A stretch of DNA of 64,000 bases from a virus, in the IMG/VR virus record IMGVR_UViG_3300050343_000163; one strand, 5' to 3'. How positions within the stretch are numbered: the first letter of the stretch is position 1; every line of letters starts with the position of its first letter. Under the pieces are notes generated by a model. It was not told the DNA's origin, did not search any database, and worked only from the letters and a program-made list of their open reading frames with translations. This document shows positions 48,482-55,607 of the stretch, piece after piece. The translations under genes were made by a program, and so were the position numbers.

Positions 48482-48793
48482 TCAGACCGTCACCCCATTG
48501 TTGAAGTCGATTGTACCTGAGCGAGTCGAGACGAACCATTCCCAATTCTTTTGGAATACGCCGCAACCTCTGGCGAATTCGTCACAAAGGGCGTTGAGTC
48601 TGCTCTTTGTGGTGTTAGACTGCCAACCGCCATCAAATAGAGTCAAAGCGCCATCATCGGCAATCGTTGCGATGTGGTTCCCGTGTAGGTAGACAAAGGC
48701 ATAACCGTCCTCGATCCTTACCATGGTGTTTGCTTTGCAGAAATCAGACTTTGTTCTGATTGCGTTGTTCATTTGAGATTCGATTAGGCGCAT
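48482..48793 (-). CDS. Early hypothetical protein (LHGNHIA...DGGWQSNTTKSRLNA family)
   Basis: Recurrent phage motif. Has its own promoter at 48823-48828. Confidence 0.8.
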   Translation of the reverse strand: MRLIESQMNNAIRTKSDFCKANTMVRIEDGYAFVYLHGNHIATIADDGALTLFDGGWQSNTTKSRLNALCDEFARGCGVFQKNWEWFVSTRSGTIDFNNGVTV

Positions 48794-48870
48794 GTGTGAT
48801 GTGTGTTGTTTGGTATGTTCTTATTATAGGGCATCGGATGGACCTTGCAACCCACCCAGTGCCACTTTGA

Positions 48871-49050
48871 TTATTGGCACAAGCTATCGAAGAGTCGTTG
48901 CGCCTGTCTCTCTATTGCGTCTATCGTTCCTCTGGTGTTGTTGGTTAACCAATTTAATTCGTCAGCGGTTAACTCATTATGGACCCTGAAATTCTCCCAT
49001 GCCTCGTCAAAGCATGTTTCAAATAAATTCTCGTGATGTAAAGTTGACAT
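48871..49050 (-). CDS. Early hypothetical protein (59 aa, MSTLHHE family), not in the ORF track
   Basis: Own translation: MSTLHHENLFETCFDEAWENFRVHNELTADELNWLTNNTRGTIDAIERQAQRLFDSLCQ. Promoter -10 at 49075-49080. Confidence 0.75.
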   Translation of the reverse strand: MSTLHHENLFETCFDEAWENFRVHNELTADELNWLTNNTRGTIDAIERQAQRLFDSLCQ

Positions 49051-49130
49051 GTGATGTTTGTGATGTATGTAATAATAATAGGTCAGCCGCCCACCCTTTG
49101 CAATAGGATGGGTGACAGTTTGTCAACTGG

Positions 49131-49328
49131 TCAGATGATCCCTTGCTCAACTGCTTCCATGATGTCACCATACTCACCGACGATCTCGCCTATTGAGTCA
49201 CGGATGTATGCATAAGAATTGGATTCATCATGCATGGAATAGCAAAGGTCCATTGCTCGGTCTAGATCGGTCGTGGTCTCGGACTCACCTAAAGCAGGGC
49301 AAGCGACGTAGTAAGTTGTTTTGTTCAT
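49131..49328 (-). CDS. Early hypothetical protein
   Basis: 65 aa. ATG lies 6 nt after TATAAT (49335-49340). Confidence 0.75.
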   Translation of the reverse strand: MNKTTYYVACPALGESETTTDLDRAMDLCYSMHDESNSYAYIRDSIGEIVGEYGDIMEAVEQGII

Positions 49329-49394
49329 GTCTTAATTATAGGGCATGGGGTGACCATTGCGACCCCATGTGTGCCACTAGTCAAACTGGTTGAC

Positions 49395-49655
49395 TCAGCT
49401 AAGGATTTTCACGCCATCTGTGAAATGATGGGGATGAGCGATCACAGGCACTGGACCATAAATGTCGTTCATGTAATCCCTGACCCTCTCACGGTCTAGA
49501 CTGTCACCGTCACCCCATGACATAGTGTCGTTACACTCGTCAAGATAAGTAACAAGGGCAAAGGCAATTTGCTCCTTTGTACGCTTTTGATCGTAGAGAC
49601 CGTCATCTCCATAAAATGAGAAAACATAGTCGATAAAGTCTGTGAAGTTGTTCAT
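49395..49655 (-). CDS. Early hypothetical protein (GDSLDRERVRD family, 86 aa)
   Basis: Start re-placed at ATG 49655, 6 nt after TATAAT (49662-49667). Confidence 0.75.
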   Translation of the reverse strand: MNNFTDFIDYVFSFYGDDGLYDQKRTKEQIAFALVTYLDECNDTMSWGDGDSLDRERVRDYMNDIYGPVPVIAHPHHFTDGVKILS

Positions 49656-49726
49656 GTCTTTATTATAAGGGATGATGGGGACAGTGGGTGGAATGGTGGA
49701 CACTTAGTCAATTGGTCGGCAGCTGA

Positions 49727-49891
49727 CTAGTTGTTGATACTTAGTTCCCACATTTGATTAAACGATGTTAACCACTGCACATGTTTCTGATCCATGTCCT
49801 CTGTGTCCTGCTCATCTGCACTGACGTAAGGTAAACTATGCTTGGTGCAATAGTCCTCGTAAACAACAGTGAGAAAATCAATTGAATCCAT
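49727..49891 (-). CDS. Early hypothetical protein (54 aa)
   Basis: MDSIDFLTVVYEDYCTKHSLPYVSADE. Start re-placed at ATG 49891. Confidence 0.65.
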   Translation of the reverse strand: MDSIDFLTVVYEDYCTKHSLPYVSADEQDTEDMDQKHVQWLTSFNQMWELSINN

Positions 49892-49931
49892 AAAAAAACC
49901 CGAACATGTATACATCCTACACGATCGGGTT
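49892..49931 (-). terminator. Terminator-like hairpin overlapping a promoter -10
   Basis: Minus strand AACCCGA-(21 nt)-TCGGGTT-TTTTT, directly followed by ATG 49891. Confidence 0.45.
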
Positions 49932-49956
49932 AGAAATGGGAGCAATAGTAGACAGT

Positions 49957-50112
49957 TTAGAAACTGTCATCATACTCATTGACTTCTCGTTTAAATTTTG
50001 CTACCTTTTTCTTATGTGATCTCCTAATATTCTTTACATCATATCCAAAGTCTTCAAAATCATCATTTATTAAATTGTACTTAGTCTTGTCGCCTTGATG
50101 ACGCTTGCCCAT
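49957..50112 (-). CDS. Small charged protein (51 aa), not in the ORF track
   Basis: Own translation: MGKRHQGDKTKYNLINDDFEDFGYDVKNIRRSHKKKVAKFKREVNEYDDSF. CTAAATA at 50150-50156 lies upstream. Confidence 0.65.
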   Translation of the reverse strand: MGKRHQGDKTKYNLINDDFEDFGYDVKNIRRSHKKKVAKFKREVNEYDDSF

Positions 50113-50148
50113 TGATTAGAATTGGTTGTTATACCGCAAATACGTGAT

Positions 50149-50385
50149 TTATTTAGTGATATCAACTAGTTTACCTTCTTTAATACTACTATTAACTAGT
50201 TTACCAATAGATTCTTTATTATTGAGAGTATTTGACACTAATTCATTGAAATCTACTGTATTATCACAGCTAAATTCATAAGTCTTGTCAATATTACTCT
50301 GATATGTAACATATACTACACTTTCATCTACTTTCAGTGTATTAATAGCTGAACTATCAAGGTTTTCGTAAGTTTTCACAAACAT
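50149..50385 (-). CDS. KTSC-like small protein
   Basis: SSAINTLKV...VYVTYQSN...YEF pattern resembles KTSC domains. Confidence 0.55.
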   Translation of the reverse strand: MFVKTYENLDSSAINTLKVDESVVYVTYQSNIDKTYEFSCDNTVDFNELVSNTLNNKESIGKLVNSSIKEGKLVDITK

Positions 50386-50414
50386 ATTAAAGTTTAATTT
50401 TATAAAAATCTTAA

Positions 50415-50485
50415 AAACTCAGTTTTTTGACTTTTTAAGAAAAATGAGATTCCCAAAAAACTCAAAAAGTCAAAAAACTGAGTTT
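50415..50485. repeat. Perfect 22-bp inverted repeat
   Basis: AAACTCAGTTTTTTGACTTTTT (50415-50436) and AAAAAGTCAAAAAACTGAGTTT (50464-50485), with a 27-nt loop. Confidence 0.9.
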
Positions 50486-50512
50486 CCGAGTCTTTTGGAG
50501 AACCATACTGTT

Positions 50513-50541
50513 ATTATAACAGACCGCTGAGGGATTTGCAA
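50513..50541 (-). promoter_or_regulatory. sigma70-like promoter TTGCAA-17-TATAAT
   Basis: -35 at 50536-50541, -10 at 50513-50518. Confidence 0.75.
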
Positions 50542-50589
50542 GTGTTTCTGAGGGTTATTGTGCCACTAAAAGAACTGGCACACTTCTCC

Positions 50590-50618
50590 TTGACTTTCGG
50601 TAGGTAGCAGGCTAAGGT
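50590..50618 (+). promoter_or_regulatory. Divergent sigma70-like promoter TTGACT-17-TAAGGT
   Basis: -35 at 50590-50595, -10 at 50613-50618, on the far side of the box at 50560-50581. Confidence 0.45.
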
Positions 50619-50629
50619 AGCGTCTCCAG

Positions 50630-50775
50630 AGTATCTTCACAGTATCTTCACAGTACCTACACCCCATTTAATTAACCTTTTATTACTTATTGATTATCAA
50701 TAAGAACTCTTATTGAGAACCATTGGTATGACTGACGCGCAAGCACCTCTGAAAACCTTGTTGAGAATCAATAGC
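50630..50775. repeat. Direct repeats and iteron-like palindromes in non-coding DNA
   Basis: AGTATCTTCAC twice (50630-50651) plus a partial third. CTTATTGATTATCAATAAG perfect palindrome (50686-50704) with related copies at 50709-50727 and 50757-50775. Confidence 0.75.
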
Positions 50776-50783
50776 AATGGGTG

Positions 50784-51001
50784 TTAACCAAAACCCTTTG
50801 TTGTACTATGTTGTTGCATATCCATGACACTTACGGTAGCATTATGTGTGTCTGCTTGTTGAAACCAATGTGCTCTGAGATGTTCGTAGTCTTCAAATGC
50901 ATAGGACCTATCATCAGGATAGTTAGCAATGTAGAAGTGTCTATCGTATGGTTCGTTTGATGTACAGTGAACCAATCTGATTCTTTAATTGTAGGAGTCA
51001 T
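50784..51001 (-). pseudogene. Hypothetical gene with an apparent 1-nt frameshift near 50966
   Basis: ATG 51001 overlaps the upstream stop (ATGA) and reads MTPTIKESDWFT, but the protein-like TSNEPYDRHFY...KGFG is in another frame. The span of 218 nt equals 3n-1. Confidence 0.45.
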
Positions 51002-51097
51002 CCGAATGAATCAACGTTGTAATGAGTACGTACTGGACGTGGTTGTTTGTTGTTAGCAGCTATAGTTTTAGCATTCATGTATATGCGTAGCAATAGT

Positions 51098-51325
51098 TCA
51101 CTTGACATTCTTTTTTGCTTTGAAGTACAGTTTGTAGTAACGTTGTTTGATTTCATTGAGTGTGTCCATGTCATCTTTAAATCCCATGTATTTGAGATTT
51201 TGGTATGATCCTTCGAGATCACTTATGAGTAGTAGGAAGTTAGTTGGTGTGTGTGGTCTACTATTAAACTCATAGTAGTCAATTAATGCGATTTGCGTTC
51301 CTCCCATAGGTATACAACATAACAT
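51098..51325 (-). CDS. Early hypothetical protein (LISDLEGSYQNLKYMGF family)
   Basis: The C-terminal part of about 50 aa is protein-like. The start is uncertain. Confidence 0.6.
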   Translation of the reverse strand: MLCCIPMGGTQIALIDYYEFNSRPHTPTNFLLLISDLEGSYQNLKYMGFKDDMDTLNEIKQRYYKLYFKAKKNVK

Positions 51326-51628
51326 CCGAGTATGACCCAGAATAGTATTTCAAGTGCATAATTGTTCATGATTTCAGTTTGTATAAGAAGTCCTTAAGTT
51401 TCCTATCAACTTCATTATGAGTATTACGATGAGTAGCTTTAGTGAATTCAGTTGTCCTATGGAGGCATAGGATTAAGTATTCACATTCTTCTGGTGTAAG
51501 TCTCATGATTGTGTTGTGTAATCAATTTCTACTGAATATGCATCATCGTATTCATCGATGATACCAAAATGCTCTCTTTCAAATTGTTCTTGTACTTCCA
51601 TTTCTTGCATTAACTCTTCGTTATCCAT
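51283..51628 (-). CDS. Three coupled micro-ORFs: 51503-51628 (41 aa, acidic), 51366-51506 (46 aa), 51283-51369 (28 aa, one TM helix)
   Basis: Own translation. Consecutive ATGA overlaps behind TATAAT at 51657-51662. Confidence 0.55.
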
Positions 51629-51669
51629 GGTCGTAATGTAGTTGAGTTCACATCTAATTATACCACAAA

Positions 51670-51831
51670 TCAATCCTTGTTTGCAAGTGGTACAGTAAAC
51701 TGATATCGAACTGTTTCAATACCCTGAGAATTCAGGATGTATACAGTCTGACACTTAACATTCAGGACATGTTCTAATGCTTCAATGAGTTGTTCTTTTG
51801 TATCTTGTTGCACAATAACTTTAGGTAACAT
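51670..51831 (-). CDS. Small hypothetical protein (53 aa), not in the ORF track
   Basis: MLPKVIVQQDTKEQLIEALEHVLNVKCQTVYILNSQGIETVRYQFTVPLANKD. Confidence 0.55.
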   Translation of the reverse strand: MLPKVIVQQDTKEQLIEALEHVLNVKCQTVYILNSQGIETVRYQFTVPLANKD

Positions 51832-52057
51832 AGCGTTGAGTTCGGACTGAACCAGTTAATGGATCAGTGATAGGGACGGACGTATAACATTGTAGTTTGT
51901 AATCCTTTGGTTGTAAGTGTTGACGTTCAATCTGATCTACGGCATGATCAAAACACATATACCAACTCAGGTTAAATTTACCTGTACGTGGCTCCATACG
52001 CCATGGCATAGAATAATGTGGGAACAAACTCTTATCCTTACAACGTGTGTGTTTCAC
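51821..52057 (-). CDS. Hypothetical protein (78 aa)
   Basis: Real part of the 179-aa track ORF, from GTG 52057: LFPHYSMPWRMEP...WYMCFDHAVDQIERQHL. Confidence 0.55.
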   Translation of the reverse strand: MKHTRCKDKSLFPHYSMPWRMEPRTGKFNLSWYMCFDHAVDQIERQHLQPKDYKLQCYTSVPITDPLTGSVRTQRYVT

Positions 52058-52070
52058 ACCACGATCTTTC

Positions 52071-52346
52071 TTACGACTCGAAGCAGCTTTGGTAGATCCA
52101 GTCGTAGTACGAGTCGAAGTCTTGGTCTTCGATGTGTTCCCTGATTGCTTGCTCTTTGTATTCAGAGACGCTAAGTTCTTTTCTAATGACGATACTGTTG
52201 TCGCCTTTGATTTCCCAGATGAGCGTGTCACCTTCTTTCCAGTCGAGTTCTTCGCGGATGGTTTGCGGGATTTCAACGTAGAGGTCGTTTTCTGAACCAT
52301 ATTTGTGAGTAAGTACAATGAGTTTTTGCTTATTTGATATATCCAT
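52071..52346 (-). CDS. AbrB/MazE/SpoVT-type DNA-binding protein
   Basis: LYVEIPQTIREELDWKEGDTLIWEIKGDNSIVIRK is the swapped-hairpin signature. Confidence 0.8.
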   Translation of the reverse strand: MDISNKQKLIVLTHKYGSENDLYVEIPQTIREELDWKEGDTLIWEIKGDNSIVIRKELSVSEYKEQAIREHIEDQDFDSYYDWIYQSCFES

Positions 52347-52998
52347 TGATCTCCAACCATTCACGAGTCATAGGTGTCGGTTCATAAACTGTCCACATTT
52401 CACCCTTTGCACAAGCTTGAAGTGCTTTCATAGTCATATGTTCAGTTCTACCCGCCCATTGTGCTTCTGCTTCCCATGGTACTGCATTCTCAGGATATGT
52501 ACGCTCTGCCATGACACGCCATAGCATAGGAACTTCATCCTCTGGCATAATAATAGCAATCATACTATTATCAATTGTGCCCGCCATACAATCCTGTGCA
52601 GCGTGCCATCCTTCGTGTCTCATTAACATCATCAGTGTACCAGGATCACCCATCCAATCACGATTCAAGTAGAAGTTGTTACTGACTGTGTGATAGACAC
52701 CACGATGTGTACGAGGGAAATACTTTGAATCAGCAAGGAATACCTTGACACCGATTTGATTCAGTGTCATCAACATCGTGTTGAATTCTTCTGAGTGTTG
52801 TGTGTATGCTTCTGTATTCGGATACTCATTTGAGATATCTAATAGAGTGAAGACTTCATCAACATCCTCTTTACACTCACGCAATAACATACAACCCATG
52901 GCGTCGTATGATTTAAAACCTTGCGTGATCTTGTCTTCATTAGCTAGTGCTACACCTGACAATCCTAAACATAATCCTGCAGCAATCATTTGCCGCAT
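52330..52998 (-). CDS. HExxH zincin-like protein with a signal-peptide-like N-terminus
   Basis: MRQMIAAGLCLGLSGVALA, LMRHEGWHAAQDCM and PWEAEA. Start at ATG 52998 (TAATG overlap). Confidence 0.7.
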   Translation of the reverse strand: MRQMIAAGLCLGLSGVALANEDKITQGFKSYDAMGCMLLRECKEDVDEVFTLLDISNEYPNTEAYTQHSEEFNTMLMTLNQIGVKVFLADSKYFPRTHRGVYHTVSNNFYLNRDWMGDPGTLMMLMRHEGWHAAQDCMAGTIDNSMIAIIMPEDEVPMLWRVMAERTYPENAVPWEAEAQWAGRTEHMTMKALQACAKGEMWTVYEPTPMTREWLEINGYIK

Positions 52999-53576
52999 TA
53001 ATTGACGTGCATGTTCCATGAAATACTAATCCTGTCTTCTTGAGTGTTGTTCTTTGATACACGATGTACTAGATTAGATGGGAAGATGAGACCAGTTCCT
53101 TCTATAGGATTAAACCACATAGAAGTGAACGCGATCATACTCTCCTTGATGTCTGGTTTCATCGCATCTAGTAGTTTAACTTGATTGAAGTAGTTTGGAT
53201 TCTCAATCTCAAGCCTACCACAATCACCTTCAGGAACTTTCACATAGAATACAGCAGCAAGATCACATCCTGGATGAGTATGCTTATGATTGAATGAACC
53301 TTCAGTATTCACATTATACCACACATTACCAATACTGTACTGTAGTTCTTCATTAAGAAATTGTGTCATAATATCATTGACACTCTCAAACAGCACCTTT
53401 GGTTGTGGTTCTTGAGTTGGAGACTGCCATCCACCTTCGTTTGATAGACTGACAGACTCAGTTGTTTCCATCACAGAGTAAATGTTATCCACCATCTGCT
53501 GACGTTGATCAGCAAAGTCGGACACACCAAATTGTAGAATGGGAGAGGGGAACGCTGAAATACAATTAACTGTCAT
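52998..53576 (-). CDS. 2OG-Fe(II) oxygenase (TIGR02466-like)
   Basis: SNEGGWQS, WYNVN...NHKHTHP...LAAVFY...IFPSNLVHRV...RISISWN. Confidence 0.9.
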   Translation of the reverse strand: MTVNCISAFPSPILQFGVSDFADQRQQMVDNIYSVMETTESVSLSNEGGWQSPTQEPQPKVLFESVNDIMTQFLNEELQYSIGNVWYNVNTEGSFNHKHTHPGCDLAAVFYVKVPEGDCGRLEIENPNYFNQVKLLDAMKPDIKESMIAFTSMWFNPIEGTGLIFPSNLVHRVSKNNTQEDRISISWNMHVN

Positions 53577-53679
53577 CAGTTAGCTTCCTCATCATATTAA
53601 TTTTGTGTAGGATGACTTCTGCTTGAGCATGGTTACCATTGTTACTCTGATTGATATAATCAAGTATCAATGTCTTCAT
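53566..53679 (-). CDS. Micro-ORF (37 aa)
   Basis: MKTLILDYINQSNNGNHAQAEVILHKINMMRKLTDDS fills the gap. Confidence 0.45.
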   Translation of the reverse strand: MKTLILDYINQSNNGNHAQAEVILHKINMMRKLTDDS

Positions 53680-53686
53680 GGTGTCA

Positions 53687-53914
53687 TCAACCTTCTGTGA
53701 TTTCAAGGAATCGTTCTTTGAGTTCATCCTCGTTAGTGAATAATGTCTGCTCGTTATCTAGTTGATCAGGGTCCATCCATTCAAAGAACTCATCAGCAAG
53801 GCATAGCGCATTGTCAATTTCATCGTTCTCCATGAAATACCTGAAACGTTCTACTACCCAATCATAAATGTCATCACGTTGCTGGGAAATGCGGAGTACG
53901 TCTTCGTTGTTCAT
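53687..53914 (-). CDS. Hypothetical protein
   Basis: 75 aa, acidic, ATGA-coupled. Confidence 0.7.
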   Translation of the reverse strand: MNNEDVLRISQQRDDIYDWVVERFRYFMENDEIDNALCLADEFFEWMDPDQLDNEQTLFTNEDELKERFLEITEG

Positions 53915-54168
53915 TTTTTGATGAGAGTAAGTGTGTTGGACAGGTGATCGTACTGGATGAATTCTACATCCTTAGGCAGCATACGGTTGAGTGCTGAGGC
54001 AAAATCGTTAGGAAACTTAGAGAATGCTCGCCAATACCGTTCGACACCTTCATCATCCAGATCAGCACGAGGAGCAACTGAAATAGTATACTCACCTCGT
54101 GTGTGACGATTCGAGAATGGTTCAACTAGCGTGGTGATATACTCAGCTAGTGGGTTTGGTTTACTCAT
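53911..54168 (-). CDS. Hypothetical protein
   Basis: 85 aa, ATGA-coupled. Confidence 0.7.
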   Translation of the reverse strand: MSKPNPLAEYITTLVEPFSNRHTRGEYTISVAPRADLDDEGVERYWRAFSKFPNDFASALNRMLPKDVEFIQYDHLSNTLTLIKK

Positions 54169-54395
54169 TTAACAAAGACCTCGTTGTTGTGTTCAATAGT
54201 TAATCCTTGTGCTTGTACAAGGAGTTGGCACATGTGTGCAACATACTCAATATCATCCTCATCTGGTTCTAGATCGAAGGAGTTGTCCCAATCGACAGAA
54301 CCATCTTGGAATACAGCAGCACCATATGGAGTGCCGTCATCATCTAATGCATAAGCGTTACCTTCGGCAACGAGATAGAAATTAGGAGAAGACAT
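54165..54395 (-). CDS. Hypothetical protein
   Basis: 76 aa, directly behind a consensus promoter. Confidence 0.7.
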   Translation of the reverse strand: MSSPNFYLVAEGNAYALDDDGTPYGAAVFQDGSVDWDNSFDLEPDEDDIEYVAHMCQLLVQAQGLTIEHNNEVFVK

Positions 54396-54421
54396 GAGAT
54401 TAAAAGCAGGGTGACCTATGT

Positions 54422-54450
54422 AGTATAATGTATAATGGGTTGGGTGTCAA
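54422..54450 (-). promoter_or_regulatory. sigma70 promoter TTGACA-17-TATACT
   Basis: -35 at 54445-54450, -10 at 54422-54427. Confidence 0.85.
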
Positions 54451-54899
54451 CGCAAGTAGAGATACCCACCCGCCCAGTCGCAGCGACTCAAAACATCTTC
54501 CCTACTAGCGGAATCTAGCAGATTACCACGGACATGCTTTGCAGGAGCACGCCATCCTGCTGGTTTGTAGAGTTCACCAGTCTTTTTGTCAACAAATGCA
54601 TGGACACTACTGCTACCAGTACAATCATTCATGATGACCTTGAGATACTTACGTCCAGTTTCAATGGTGAAGCTGTAGTCAGGTTTCTCAGCAATCTCCT
54701 TAGCGCGATTAGTGTAGTATTCTGCTTCTGATTTTGTTTCTGCAGTGAGGGCGCTGCGCTTCATAGAGTGTGTATTGTACTCAATGAAGTTTTGAACGAG
54801 TGCTTCACAGAGAATCTCAGTGTAATGATATACATTTGCCGCGTCGTCTGCTCTATCTTGAGCAGTGGCAGCGAAGTCAGCGAAGGAAGATGTGGTCAT
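54447..54899 (-). CDS. Early hypothetical protein (GRKYLKV...VHAFVDKKTG..YKPAGWRAPAK family)
   Basis: Widespread phage motif. Promoter -10 at 54923-54928. Confidence 0.8.
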   Translation of the reverse strand: MTTSSFADFAATAQDRADDAANVYHYTEILCEALVQNFIEYNTHSMKRSALTAETKSEAEYYTNRAKEIAEKPDYSFTIETGRKYLKVIMNDCTGSSSVHAFVDKKTGELYKPAGWRAPAKHVRGNLLDSASREDVLSRCDWAGGYLYLR

Positions 54900-54944
54900 G
54901 TGTCTTTTGTGTTGATGTACTTAGTATAGCAAGGTAGGAAGCGA

Positions 54945-55160
54945 TTACACGCTACCTTGTGCAACTTCTGCAAGTGGCACACGCTTAACAGTGAGACGAC
55001 GCCATCCACGCACTTCACGAATAGAATTAACCACATCATTCACCACATTGTTGTGCTGACGGTTGAGACCGCGCAGTGACTTGGTAGGACGGCGAGTGAT
55101 ATAGAAAATGCTAGTGGTCAGATCTTCGTTGCAGATGCTGATCTCGTAAGCGTTAGGCAT
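54945..55160 (-). CDS. Early hypothetical protein
   Basis: 71 aa, basic. TATAAT at 55185-55190. Confidence 0.7.
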   Translation of the reverse strand: MPNAYEISICNEDLTTSIFYITRRPTKSLRGLNRQHNNVVNDVVNSIREVRGWRRLTVKRVPLAEVAQGSV

Positions 55161-55197
55161 GGGTGGTGTCCTCTTGATGTCCTTATTATAGGGTCAA

Positions 55198-55392
55198 TCA
55201 GTGACCGTGCATCCTCTGGTGTGGCAGTTTGCCATTTGTCACACGACTGTTCAACTGAGACAGGAGTTCGTCTACAGTGATTTCTAATTCTGCTGCTGCT
55301 GCTTCCTCCCATTCTCGGTTGCTCTTAGCAACAGCGGCGATAACATCAGGTTGTGATGCCATTTTTTCAATAAAGGTGTCGAAGCTAGTCAT
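55198..55392 (-). CDS. Hypothetical protein (about 64 aa)
   Basis: MTSFDTFIEKMASQPDVIAAVAKSNREWEE. Start re-placed at 55392. Confidence 0.5.
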   Translation of the reverse strand: MTSFDTFIEKMASQPDVIAAVAKSNREWEEAAAAELEITVDELLSQLNSRVTNGKLPHQRMHGH

Positions 55393-55546
55393 TTGTTCTA
55401 GGATTGTTGTGAAGTTGGTGTTGAAGTTGATCGTGTAATTGAATATCATCTACATGATTCTGCCTCGCAAGTTTCTCGCTAACTTTGGGATCTGTATCCC
55501 ACATCATATCAATAATGAAATTGACCTGATTAACGGTCAGTTCCAT
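55385..55546 (-). CDS. Small hypothetical protein (53 aa), not in the ORF track
   Basis: MELTVNQVNFIIDMMWDTDPKVSEKLARQNHVDDIQLHDQLQHQLHNNPRTND. Confidence 0.5.
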   Translation of the reverse strand: MELTVNQVNFIIDMMWDTDPKVSEKLARQNHVDDIQLHDQLQHQLHNNPRTND

Positions 55547-55607
55547 AGAACGGGTATTCATAGCAATAATAGGTTAAAGGGGCGTTGCAGTCGCTCCTAG
55601 ATGCCTC

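Noticed and set aside
48408-48566. N-terminal extension of the DUF3574 ORF, and similar extensions at 49703, 49945 and 55934
   Set aside because: The extensions run across the gene's own promoter cassette, so the downstream ATGs were used.
51663-51720. A fourteenth palindromic box at the promoter 51657-51662
   Set aside because: Only partial half-sites are present (TACAGT...AACTGT) and the spacing is wrong.
47767-52346. HicA-like and AbrB/MazE-like genes as a cognate toxin-antitoxin pair
   Set aside because: They are 4 kb apart, in different transcription units, and from families that are not normal partners.
51821-52360. 179-aa K/S/T-rich ORF as a histone-like protein
   Set aside because: Its N-terminal 100 aa is an alternate frame of the AbrB-like gene. 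Only the part from GTG 52057 looks real.
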